Virus record (IMG/VR): IMGVR_UViG_3300041583_000163
Coordinates: 1-57,957 of that record
Length of the DNA: 57,957 nucleotides
Reading direction: 5' to 3' (one strand)
Source: a virus
Lineage: Duplodnaviria > Caudoviricetes
The first letter of the stretch is position 1; every line of letters starts with the position of its first letter. Below the pieces are notes generated by a model. The model made no database searches. It worked only from the letters and a program-made list of their open reading frames with translations, and was not told the DNA's origin. A program made the translations under genes and the position numbers. This document shows, piece after piece, positions 18,254 through 25,945 of the stretch.

Positions 18254-18981
18254 ACCCAACCCTTCCCGAGGCCGTGCGCTACGATTGCCACGCTGCGCGC
18301 AGCTTGCTGACTGCCTGCACACAGCATGCAGGTGGAGCATGTGGCCCTGCGGCCTGCCTCTTCACTGGCTGGGCACAGAACCTCTTTGCCTTTGACAATC
18401 TCGCTCACGTCCTTGATGACGCGAAAGGTGCGGTAGCTGCGAGCCCATGCCTTCTTGGCGCCCTCCAAGGTGTCGGCGCTGACCATGGTCATCCATGGTT
18501 GCACGTCTGCGGTGGCGTGCCCGCTCTGGTGGGTGTAGCCTGTCCACCCCCGGGCTTTGCTGATGAGCTTGGCCCAGATGTGAGATGGCACAGCGGCCGG
18601 GTCGCCATAGGTACCCAGTCGGATGCGCTGGCCCCACCCAAGATCCTCGATGTCCGTCGGGGTGTCGCGCAGGGGGTACGCACCTTTCTGGTACTGATTG
18701 AACACGACCAGCGGGCCTTGGCCCATGTTGACGTAGCATGATCGCTTCTCGGCCAGCTTGCGCTCTGGGTCCAGAGTAGGCACACCCTTGTGCTTGCAGT
18801 CGCCGCAGATGCTGTAGTCCTCGCCCAGCTTGTTGGCCAAGATCGGGTCCATGTCGGAGCGCATGATGTAAGATTGAATCATCGAACCTGTTTTACGGTT
18901 GGACGAGTTCCAAATAGCAGCTGCGAATATCGGGGCGCCGTCGATCCTGGACGGGCCGTTGTATATGGTGATGCCGGGCAT
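18250..18981 (-). CDS. Cys-rich putative Fe-S (radical-SAM-like) phage protein
   Basis: N.KTG, CGDC...CY, RLGTYGDP, GYTH, CPA...C..C.LC, I..HG motifs. Confidence 0.6.
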   Translation of the reverse strand: MPGITIYNGPSRIDGAPIFAAAIWNSSNRKTGSMIQSYIMRSDMDPILANKLGEDYSICGDCKHKGVPTLDPERKLAEKRSCYVNMGQGPLVVFNQYQKGAYPLRDTPTDIEDLGWGQRIRLGTYGDPAAVPSHIWAKLISKARGWTGYTHQSGHATADVQPWMTMVSADTLEGAKKAWARSYRTFRVIKDVSEIVKGKEVLCPASEEAGRRATCSTCMLCAGSQQAARSVAIVAHGLGKGWV

Positions 18982-19003
18982 TGTGTATTCCTGATTGATT
19001 TGA

Positions 19004-19034
19004 GTTACCGCAGAACCGCTGCGGTGCCGGTGTT
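19004..19034 (-). repeat. Intergenic hairpin element copy 1
   Basis: GTTACCGCAGAACCGCTGCGGTGCCGGTGTT. Confidence 0.95.
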
Positions 19035-19038
19035 TTTC

Positions 19039-19422
19039 TTAAGCTGTCAGATCGTCTGGCACTTCGGCGGTGTCGCCGATCTTGCTGACCACGTGGCAGC
19101 GCATGGCTGCGACAAGCATAGTTGGGCCAACTGACCTGTTACCGCCTCGCATCCGGCACTCCCACTCTTTGAATGTGGCGATGTACCCGGACTGAATCTT
19201 CTCCCGCTCAATGATCGGCCCGCCTAGAGACCAGTCGGTCGAGTATTCAACATTGGAGAGATATTGCATCGACTCGGGAAAGTCGTCGTCTTTCGGGGTC
19301 GTGTAGACCCAAAAAGAGCGCTCTCCATAAATATGAATACGCAGGTCAGTAGCACCCTCGCATTTCGCCACCAGCCAATTAAGCTGGATGTTGGTGGCTT
19401 CTGACACTTTGACTTTGTTCAT
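19039..19422 (-). CDS. NinX-family (DUF2591-like) protein
   Basis: LNWLVAKCEG...YSTDWSLGGPIIEREKI...GPT.LVAAMRC.V.SK.G. Confidence 0.8.
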   Translation of the reverse strand: MNKVKVSEATNIQLNWLVAKCEGATDLRIHIYGERSFWVYTTPKDDDFPESMQYLSNVEYSTDWSLGGPIIEREKIQSGYIATFKEWECRMRGGNRSVGPTMLVAAMRCHVVSKIGDTAEVPDDLTA

Positions 19423-19437
19423 TGTGTTTCTCCTGTG

Positions 19438-19468
19438 GTTACCGCAGAACCGCTGCGGTGCCGGTGTT
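19438..19468 (-). repeat. Intergenic hairpin element copy 2
   Basis: GTTACCGCAGAACCGCTGCGGTGCCGGTGTT. Confidence 0.95.
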
Positions 19469-19471
19469 TAC

Positions 19472-19678
19472 TTACGAGGTCTTCGCTTTTATTGGTTGAA
19501 ATTGCGGGCACTGCGCATCACCCCAAGAGTTGTATTGGGCCACGTAGTGGTCTCGATCAAACATTCGGAGCACGTCAACTCGTGAGGGTTCTTTGCAAAC
19601 CCCCCGGTGGCATGCCCACGCTGAAAACTTGCAACTAAGAACTACTTTGTTGTCGACAGTTTTTGTGCAATTGCTCAT
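19472..19678 (-). CDS. Small Cys-rich hypothetical protein
   Basis: 68 aa, AGGAG SD. Confidence 0.55.
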   Translation of the reverse strand: MSNCTKTVDNKVVLSCKFSAWACHRGVCKEPSRVDVLRMFDRDHYVAQYNSWGDAQCPQFQPIKAKTS

Positions 19679-19690
19679 GTCCGTTCTCCT

Positions 19691-20032
19691 TTAAGAGGTC
19701 TTCTTAGCCCGCACGTCAATGCGGAAGTACCCTGCCGTCGACACGGTGTGCGCGACGACCCTTTGCTTGCTGGGCTTCATGCTGATAGCCATGGCCTGCC
19801 AGTCGATCTTGGTGCCGCCGGGCACCTCGGACACGGTGCAGCGGAAGAAGTCGGACTCGTATGCGCGCTTGTTGTGTGAGATCAGCAGATCCTTGCACGC
19901 CGCCTCCTCGACCTTGAGCGCTGCGATGGCGCCCTTGATGTATGCCAGCCGGTCGACGGCCTGCTCTGGGGTTGCCATGGCCACGGGGGCGTTGGGGATG
20001 GTGCTGTTGATGGCTTCGATAAAGGTAGTCAT
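19691..20032 (-). CDS. Hypothetical protein (coiled coil)
   Basis: 113 aa, CAGGA SD directly after element copy 3. Confidence 0.7.
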   Translation of the reverse strand: MTTFIEAINSTIPNAPVAMATPEQAVDRLAYIKGAIAALKVEEAACKDLLISHNKRAYESDFFRCTVSEVPGGTKIDWQAMAISMKPSKQRVVAHTVSTAGYFRIDVRAKKTS

Positions 20033-20054
20033 TTTGTTTCCTGATGGGAGAGGT

Positions 20055-20085
20055 GTTGCCGCAGAACCGCTGCGGCGGCGGTGTT
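20055..20085 (-). repeat. Intergenic hairpin element copy 3 (variant)
   Basis: GTTGCCGCAGAACCGCTGCGGCGGCGGTGTT. Confidence 0.9.
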
Positions 20086-20089
20086 TTTG

Positions 20090-20491
20090 TTATGCTGTGG
20101 GGAGCGTGAAGGTCAGGCCAAGCTGGCGCGCTACCGCTTTCATCTGCTCGTGGAAATCCCCGATGGTGTGCTCGCCATACTTACTGTCGGGCATATGGTT
20201 GTCGTGAGTTTGTTGCATCTGGTCGACCAAATTCGAGGCTTGCGCTGTATCGGGTACACCCGACTTGACCAATGCCTCGAATGGAGCCCCCCTCACGGCG
20301 ATTTTCCCCTCTAGCTCTCGGGTGTAGTGCTCATCGGCGATAAGCCACCCTGCGGCGCACTTGCGCCCCTCGGTGCCCCTGTACTGGCAGCTGATGTCAC
20401 ACTCTGGGTTGGTGCGCCCCGTGCTGGCTACGCCCTGCGTGGTGAGGTTTGTGAGTACTGTGTCGAACATTTGTTGAAGTGTGAGAGTCAT
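20090..20491 (-). CDS. Conserved hypothetical phage protein
   Basis: QQMFD.V...L..QG, C.YR...G.KCA.G.LI.D..Y, Q..HD motifs. Confidence 0.75.
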   Translation of the reverse strand: MTLTLQQMFDTVLTNLTTQGVASTGRTNPECDISCQYRGTEGRKCAAGWLIADEHYTRELEGKIAVRGAPFEALVKSGVPDTAQASNLVDQMQQTHDNHMPDSKYGEHTIGDFHEQMKAVARQLGLTFTLPTA

Positions 20492-20691
20492 GTCTTTTCT
20501 CCTATGGTGTTTCCGAATAGCTGCGCCCTTGCTAAGTGGCGATACCTACACTGGTTGTTTGCGTCCGTGAAGGCGTAGCCGTTGCTCATGGTGTCGGTGC
20601 GCCAGAACTCGTTCCATTCACCTTGCAGCTCCTCTTCACAGATCAGGGTGAGGTTCTCTTGGCGTTGGCGAATACCAGGATATGCGGTCAT
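20488..20691 (-). CDS. Hypothetical protein
   Basis: 67 aa; ATGA coupling at both ends. Confidence 0.55.
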   Translation of the reverse strand: MTAYPGIRQRQENLTLICEEELQGEWNEFWRTDTMSNGYAFTDANNQCRYRHLARAQLFGNTIGEKT

Positions 20692-20855
20692 TTGTAGCTC
20701 CAGAAGATGAGTGCGGCCACAGCTGCAGCCGTGGTGATTACGATAGCGATGCCGTCCCAGTCAACGCGCTGGCGCTCCCCCAGTAGTGCGCGCTGTATGC
20801 GCAGGTCGTCGCTGCCGATGCGCACGCCGGAGCGTGTGGTGTATGGTGTTTTCAT
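20688..20855 (-). CDS. 55-aa protein with C-terminal transmembrane segment (not in ORF track)
   Basis: MKTPYTTRSGVRIGS...GIAIVITTAAAVAALIFWSYK; ATGA coupling. Confidence 0.55.
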   Translation of the reverse strand: MKTPYTTRSGVRIGSDDLRIQRALLGERQRVDWDGIAIVITTAAAVAALIFWSYK

Positions 20856-21511
20856 AGTTCGATCTGTGTTGGGTCAAAGGTGGCAGCTGCGATGTTGGCC
20901 ATGCCCAGATACTGAAGCGCTTTGACATGCGTCTTGTCGCCATTGGTGTCAATGAGCACCTTCGAGCGGAACTCGGCCAGAGTGCCAAAGAAGCAGCTAC
21001 TGCGTACCCGGATAGCGTCTACGTGGTTGAAGAAATACGTGGTGCGTGCTTCAGTGCCTGCCCCTGCAATAGCCAGAAACGGATACCCCTCCTTTACTTT
21101 GGAGCCCTCGAAGCGGCAACCTACACCGAAGCGGCAACCTACACCGAAGCTGCACCGCGCACCGAAGCTGCACCGCGCACCGAAGCTGCACACCGCACCG
21201 AAGCTGCACCCCTCGCCGAAGCTGCACCACGCACCGAAGTTGCACCCCTCGCCGAAGCTGCACCACGGACCGAAGCTGCACCGCGCACCGAAGCTGCACC
21301 CCTCGCCGAAGCTGCACACCGCACCGAAGCTGCACCGATCACCGAAGCGGCAACCTACACCGAAGCTGCACCGCGCACCGAAGCTGCACCGCGCACCGAA
21401 GTTGCACCGCGCACCGAAGACACGGATGTCTGTGTAGTCCCCTGACGGGCACTGTCGAAAACCATCAACGATTGGGAAGGCGTCGAATTCTTCTTGTGTG
21501 TATTTTTTCAT
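20852..21511 (-). CDS. Hexapeptide-repeat (beta-solenoid) protein
   Basis: 17 x FGxxC(S/R/N) repeats; C-terminal RTTYFF...V..SCF.GTL.EF...V cap. Confidence 0.8.
   Translation of the reverse strand: MKKYTQEEFDAFPIVDGFRQCPSGDYTDIRVFGARCNFGARCSFGARCSFGVGCRFGDRCSFGAVCSFGEGCSFGARCSFGPWCSFGEGCNFGAWCSFGEGCSFGAVCSFGARCSFGARCSFGVGCRFGVGCRFEGSKVKEGYPFLAIAGAGTEARTTYFFNHVDAIRVRSSCFFGTLAEFRSKVLIDTNGDKTHVKALQYLGMANIAAATFDPTQIEL
21113..21418 (-). repeat. 18-bp tandem repeat x17 (coding)
   Basis: Plus-strand unit ACCGAAGCTGCACCGCGC with variants. Confidence 0.9.
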
Positions 21512-21521
21512 GTCGTCTTCC

Positions 21522-21821
21522 TCAGATGTTTTGTAGGATGAACTGCCGCACGTCGGCGGGCAGGCTGTCGAAGCTAACGCGTTTGCCCAGGTGTCGCCCG
21601 GTCAAGAACTCGGGGTTCTCGCCGTGCTGACCAAAGCCTTGCGGGTGAAACGGCCTTACGCCGGCGGCGAGGTACGGGTAGACCATTTCGTAACTCGAAA
21701 GAAACCGGTAGCCCTTGAAGGCGATGGTGTACCGGTCGGCTGGGCCGTCTGGCCCTGTGTCGAAGATGCGGCAGGTCATGCGCTTGCCGTCGACGATGAT
21801 GGTGTTCTTGATTCGAGTCAT
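21522..21821 (-). CDS. Hypothetical protein
   Basis: D.G....DRYT...PFHPQGFGQHG...HLGKRV.F..LP.DV; AGGAG SD after element copy 4. Confidence 0.7.
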   Translation of the reverse strand: MTRIKNTIIVDGKRMTCRIFDTGPDGPADRYTIAFKGYRFLSSYEMVYPYLAAGVRPFHPQGFGQHGENPEFLTGRHLGKRVSFDSLPADVRQFILQNI

Positions 21822-21835
21822 GTCGTTTCTCCTGA

Positions 21836-21866
21836 GTTGCCGCAGAACCGCTGCGGTGCCGGTGTT
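21836..21866 (-). repeat. Intergenic hairpin element copy 4
   Basis: GTTGCCGCAGAACCGCTGCGGTGCCGGTGTT. Confidence 0.95.
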
Positions 21867-21871
21867 GTTCT

Positions 21872-22021
21872 TCAGATGCTCTCTTCCCAACCCCAAGCGC
21901 TGAGGTTGGACGGCTGGTGCTTGCTGGTGTAGGCGTTCATCTGCACTGCCTTTGTCTTAGACAAGTGCGTCCACTCGGTGCGCTCTCCAGAGCGAGTGAT
22001 GGTGTAAAAGGTGTATCTCAT
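21872..22021 (-). CDS. 49-aa hypothetical protein
   Basis: AAGGA SD before ATG 22021. Confidence 0.55.
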   Translation of the reverse strand: MRYTFYTITRSGERTEWTHLSKTKAVQMNAYTSKHQPSNLSAWGWEESI

Positions 22022-22031
22022 GACGTTTTCC

Positions 22032-22331
22032 TTAGCGGTAAAAGGTGACGTAGGTAATTTTGGCCAGCACTGCTGCCTTCGCATCTGCCCGGTTCTTGGC
22101 TCTCACGTATATCCGGGTGCCTTGAGCTGCTGGCGCGTTGAAGGCGCACCACATGGGCATGCCCATACCCCAGTACGTGCCGTCGGGGGCGTAGGCCGCA
22201 TTGACCATGTTGATGCGCTGTAGGTACAGCTTCAGGGTCATGTCGTACCTGTCCGAGTCGCCCATGGGGGATCCAAAGCGAGCGGGGCACGGGTCGTTGC
22301 GCAGGATGGTGTTGATGTTTGGCGTTGTCAT
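22032..22331 (-). CDS. Hypothetical protein, paralog A
   Basis: 99 aa; 80/99 identical to 23055..23354 by manual alignment. Confidence 0.8.
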   Translation of the reverse strand: MTTPNINTILRNDPCPARFGSPMGDSDRYDMTLKLYLQRINMVNAAYAPDGTYWGMGMPMWCAFNAPAAQGTRIYVRAKNRADAKAAVLAKITYVTFYR

Positions 22332-22356
22332 GTCATTTCTCCTGATGTGTATGCGC

Positions 22357-23007
22357 TTAAGCGCTGGTCGGGAACAGCTCTTCCTGTGTGTATGCGGGCT
22401 CGATGTCTATCGCTTGCGCCAGGGCGAGCATGGCTTCACAGGTGACGTACTCCTCCCCGTAGAAACCCCAGCATGAGTCCAGATGCTTGCGCTCAATCTC
22501 CTCACCGGCATCGTCACACTCGATGCGCTCAATGACGTAGCCGTAGACCTCACCCCTCAAATACATGGCGAACTCGTCAACCACGCCGTCGATGTACTGG
22601 TGAGCCTTGTCGCGCTGCTTGGGTGATAGGCGCTTGTTGCCCCATTCTTTGAGGGCGTCTTTGTCCGTCATGTAGGCCCAGCCGCTGCGCCCGCTGTCCC
22701 AAGGGCATTGGTACGGGTTCTCGCGCAGTCGTGTGCCGTCGGGCAGCAAGCTGCCGGTGCTTATGGTGGCCCCACTGTGGACGTAGGCCCACACCCGCAC
22801 GCCGACCAGCAGGCCGCTCTCGATGTCTTGCCCGATCTGGTCAAGCTCGTCGTGGGTGCAGGGCTGGTTGCCCAGCGTGTTTCGTGCGCTGCCTCGGTAG
22901 GCTATTCTGACGATGTCGCTCTCGGGCGGCTCTGCGTTATCGTCCTGGTAGATGCTGGCCACGATGTTGGCGTGGGTGGTGCTTGCGATCTCTTTGACTT
23001 TGTTCAT
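22357..23007 (-). CDS. Hypothetical early protein
   Basis: Y.HSG, CPWDSG..G, YL.GEVYGY.I, DSCWGFYG motifs; acidic; AGGAG SD after element copy 5. Confidence 0.75.
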   Translation of the reverse strand: MNKVKEIASTTHANIVASIYQDDNAEPPESDIVRIAYRGSARNTLGNQPCTHDELDQIGQDIESGLLVGVRVWAYVHSGATISTGSLLPDGTRLRENPYQCPWDSGRSGWAYMTDKDALKEWGNKRLSPKQRDKAHQYIDGVVDEFAMYLRGEVYGYVIERIECDDAGEEIERKHLDSCWGFYGEEYVTCEAMLALAQAIDIEPAYTQEELFPTSA

Positions 23008-23020
23008 GTTGAACTCCTGA

Positions 23021-23051
23021 GTTGCCGCAGAACCGCTGCGGTGCCGGTGTT
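23021..23051 (-). repeat. Intergenic hairpin element copy 5
   Basis: GTTGCCGCAGAACCGCTGCGGTGCCGGTGTT. Confidence 0.95.
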
Positions 23052-23054
23052 CTC

Positions 23055-23354
23055 TTATCGGTAAAAGGTGACACTGGTCAGTTTGGCCAGCACTGCTGCC
23101 TTCGCAGCGGCGCGGTCCTTGGCTCGCACATACACTCGGGTGCCCTGAGCTGCTGGCGCGTTGAAGGCGCACCACATGGGCGCGCCCATGCCCCAGTAGG
23201 TGCCGTCGGGGCCGTAGTACCAGCCGATGAAGTTGACGCGCTGTAGGTACAGCTTCGGGGTCATGTCGTACCTGTCCGAGTCCCCCATGGGGGCGCCGAA
23301 GCGGCTGTTGCGGGGGTCTGTTCTCAGTATGGTGTTGATGTTGGGCGTCGTCAT
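23055..23354 (-). CDS. Hypothetical protein, paralog B
   Basis: 99 aa; paralog of 22032..22331. Confidence 0.8.
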   Translation of the reverse strand: MTTPNINTILRTDPRNSRFGAPMGDSDRYDMTPKLYLQRVNFIGWYYGPDGTYWGMGAPMWCAFNAPAAQGTRVYVRAKDRAAAKAAVLAKLTSVTFYR

Positions 23355-23355
23355 G

Positions 23356-23610
23356 TCAGAGGTCCTCCCAAAAAAGGATGTTCACGTCGCCCTCGGCCAC
23401 GCCAATGACGCTTACGTTGTCGGGGGTGTAGTGGAGGTGGTCAAAGTCGTCCGCGTCCTCCGGGTCGGGGTTGCCGTTCCAGTCGTCGCAGCATTCGGCG
23501 AGACCCTGCGACTTGGCGTGTTCGAGACTCTCGGCCAACACGGTTGAAATCCAGATCGTGCCGGTGTTGTTCGACTCCCGGCAGAACACGGTGTAGGGTT
23601 TCAGTGTCAT
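23356..23610 (-). CDS. Small acidic hypothetical protein
   Basis: 84 aa, D/E-rich, AGGAG SD after element copy 6. Confidence 0.7.
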   Translation of the reverse strand: MTLKPYTVFCRESNNTGTIWISTVLAESLEHAKSQGLAECCDDWNGNPDPEDADDFDHLHYTPDNVSVIGVAEGDVNILFWEDL

Positions 23611-23630
23611 GTCTTTTCTCCTGATGGTTT

Positions 23631-23662
23631 GTTACCGCAGAACCGCTGCGGTGCCGGTTGTT
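23631..23662 (-). repeat. Intergenic hairpin element copy 6
   Basis: GTTACCGCAGAACCGCTGCGGTGCCGGTTGTT. Confidence 0.95.
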
Positions 23663-23671
23663 TGACACTGG

Positions 23672-23884
23672 TTACTCTGTTCCGGGGAACTCGGCGTCCC
23701 AGTCGATTGGTGCGAAGCTCTTGCGGTCACGCTCGTCTTCTTCAGCGTGTCGCTGCTTTGTAGCCTCGCGTTTGATGCGGTCACGTTCTTGGCGCTCTCT
23801 CTTTTTTATCAGCGCCGGGGGCTCTACCTTCGGGGGTGTGTCGTCCCACCCCCTCATGATCTGGGGCAGTGTTGGTGCGTTCAT
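23672..23884 (-). CDS. Hypothetical charged protein
   Basis: 70 aa; ATGA coupling. Confidence 0.55.
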   Translation of the reverse strand: MNAPTLPQIMRGWDDTPPKVEPPALIKKRERQERDRIKREATKQRHAEEDERDRKSFAPIDWDAEFPGTE

Positions 23885-24219
23885 TTATCGACTGCCGGCG
23901 GTAGTTCCATAGAGCCTGTATCTCGGGATGCTTTGAAGCGCGCTGTGGCAGCGCGTATTAGGGGTAGTGGCACGCCTGGGCCGAAGTCGATGTTTATGTT
24001 GCGAGCGCTCAGCTTGGGGTGGCACCAAGTCATGGCGTGCTTACTTGATAGGGTCAAACTGGTTAGCTCCCCCGCCGCCATGCTGTCTAGTGCGGCGCTG
24101 ATCCGGGCCAATTCACTTACCGCATAGTCGGGGCTATCCACCCACCACCGCCCGGTGTCGATGAACGTGATGCGTGGTGTCACCCACATAGCGGTGCGGG
24201 TTCTGTATGTCTTGTTCAT
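23881..24219 (-). CDS. Hypothetical protein
   Basis: ATG 24219 overlaps the upstream stop; GAGGAG SD. Confidence 0.55.
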   Translation of the reverse strand: MNKTYRTRTAMWVTPRITFIDTGRWWVDSPDYAVSELARISAALDSMAAGELTSLTLSSKHAMTWCHPKLSARNINIDFGPGVPLPLIRAATARFKASRDTGSMELPPAVDK

Positions 24220-25457
24220 TTGGCTAGCTCCTCGTCGATGGCGGCGCAGGCCGCATGGTAGGCAGCGAGTTGCTGCGAATACTGGATCTGTACGGCCTCG
24301 GGCACTTCGCTGTCTCGGACAAGCGCGGCGCGGTCCTTGCGTGTCATGTGCAGGTCCTCCACCCGCTCGAAGATCCACGTGTCGCGGTGAAACATAAACA
24401 TAGGCATGTCCCCCAACTTACGGCCACCCCACTTACCTGTGAAGCGGTCTCGGGGCTTGGCGTGCTCAATGCTGGCGAGATCTTGGCGCACATACCAAAG
24501 CTCGAGCAGACGGTCCATTGGACGAGGACCCAGTGTTTCGTACATGTCGGGGTGGTACAGCATGTAAGTGGGCGTCTGAACGATTCGGTTCTCCGGCGTG
24601 TCGCTGCTGTTCACACGATTGAGCACGGCCAAGTTAGCCACACGAACAAGCACTGCCAACGCCATTCGAGCCGACAAGGCCCACTCGGAGCTGGCCCGCC
24701 CGTAAGGCGTCATGTCTCCTCGGAAGCGGCGCACGTCGTTGCGTACGACGGCAATCTGATTGGCCAAAGAGCTGTTGTTGTACCAAGGGTGCTTGGGGTA
24801 CGGTGTGGCCACTCTGCGGGCGCGGTGCCTGGGTTCTTTGACAGCTGGGAGTATGGGTAGAAAGTGGCGCTCTCTGAGGTTGTGTGACCTGATAGATGTG
24901 TCTCGGTCGGGGTCAGCTCTTCGGGCAGCGTTGCGAGCGCGCACGTCTGCGATCCGCTCTCTGGCGTTCATGGGCACCACGTCGCCCCTATGCCACCATG
25001 TCCAGCGTCTGAGTGACGCGTAGTCGGGATAGTCGGCTCGTTTCTCGGGAGGGGTGTCGGGGGTGTCGGCGCGCCCCCTGCGGTCGAGTTCTATCTGCGC
25101 GGCGCTCTCACTTATGCGGCCCCGGGTGGCCTCTAGGTGTATCTGACTTGCCGGGAGATTCTTGAGCGCGCCCGCCCTTTCTGAGTGGTATTGGGGTTGG
25201 CACGCCTTGCAAATGGAGCTGAAGCGGTGACTTGGGTTGCCCAGAGGGTCTGTGTTTCCGGTCTGTTTTGCTTGCGCTGCGGTCAGGGTTCGCCTGAAGG
25301 ACTGGGTGTTCTTGGCCTCTTTGCACTTGAGGCAGACGATTTTTGTCTTCGAGCATGCGTTGCACGTGAAGGGTTCGTTCAGGATATTGAAGGCTTGCTT
25401 GCGTTTCACGCTGCCGCAAGCGGTGCAGAGTGTGTGTAGGGTGGTGGTCTGTTTCAT
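24216..25457 (-). CDS. Arg-rich protein with N-terminal zinc-finger-like CxxC pairs
   Basis: 413 aa; CTAC, CNAC, CLKC, CKAC. Confidence 0.65.
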   Translation of the reverse strand: MKQTTTLHTLCTACGSVKRKQAFNILNEPFTCNACSKTKIVCLKCKEAKNTQSFRRTLTAAQAKQTGNTDPLGNPSHRFSSICKACQPQYHSERAGALKNLPASQIHLEATRGRISESAAQIELDRRGRADTPDTPPEKRADYPDYASLRRWTWWHRGDVVPMNARERIADVRARNAARRADPDRDTSIRSHNLRERHFLPILPAVKEPRHRARRVATPYPKHPWYNNSSLANQIAVVRNDVRRFRGDMTPYGRASSEWALSARMALAVLVRVANLAVLNRVNSSDTPENRIVQTPTYMLYHPDMYETLGPRPMDRLLELWYVRQDLASIEHAKPRDRFTGKWGGRKLGDMPMFMFHRDTWIFERVEDLHMTRKDRAALVRDSEVPEAVQIQYSQQLAAYHAACAAIDEELAK

Positions 25458-25464
25458 GTCTGAA

Positions 25465-25805
25465 GTATGGCATAAATTATAGCGGTAGGTGTGTCGACGT
25501 ATGGCATAAAGTAACTAATTGGTAAATCTGCCGGATAGGGGGGTGTGCGAACGGGGCAGGCTTAACCTCGCGTGGCACCCTTAAGTCGTTGATTTATAAG
25601 GGAAAATTTGGTATGTGCAGCAAGGTACACCGGCGCTGTGGAGAACTTTTAAAAACAAAAACAAAAACAAAAACAAAAACAAAAACAAAAACAAAAACAA
25701 AAACAAAAACATAACTATATATATATCTTTAAAGTTAAATAGTATTTATATAGGTAGTGTCCGTCACTCACCGCCACCAAAAACCCCCGCTATATCAACG
25801 ACTTA
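25465..25805. other. AT-rich non-coding element, candidate replication origin or control region
   Basis: (AAAAAC)x10 at 25651-25710, AT-rich run, inverted repeat TAAGTCGTTGAT 25582-25593 / ATCAACGACTTA 25794-25805, direct repeat GTATGGCATAAA at 25465 and 25499. Confidence 0.5.
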
Positions 25806-25945
25806 GGTATGTCACGCGGGGTCCTCAACCCCGCTCTTGAGTCCTCCCATCACGGCAAATTCGGTATTTTATGCGACGCTAAGCAGGCACCACTGCCCCT
25901 GGAAGCCCCGGCCCACCTCAATCTCAGGCGTTTTGGAACCATTTT

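Noticed and set aside
20922-21445. Plus-strand repeat ORFs (PKLHRA / TEAAPR)
   Set aside because: They are shadow frames of the 18-bp repeat. The minus-strand frame has an SD, coupling and a plausible C-terminal cap.
19004-23662. 31-bp palindromic repeats as a CRISPR array
   Set aside because: The intervals are 0.4-1.8 kb and contain whole genes, and there is no cas operon. The Cas4-like nuclease is a standard replication-module gene.
19004-23662. Repeats as integron attC sites
   Set aside because: They lack the RYYYAAC...GTTRRRY arrangement, are too short, and no tyrosine recombinase is recognised.
25615-25806. 63-aa ORF with NK repeats
   Set aside because: It is a by-product of the AAAAAC microsatellite, on the opposite strand to all neighbours, with no SD.
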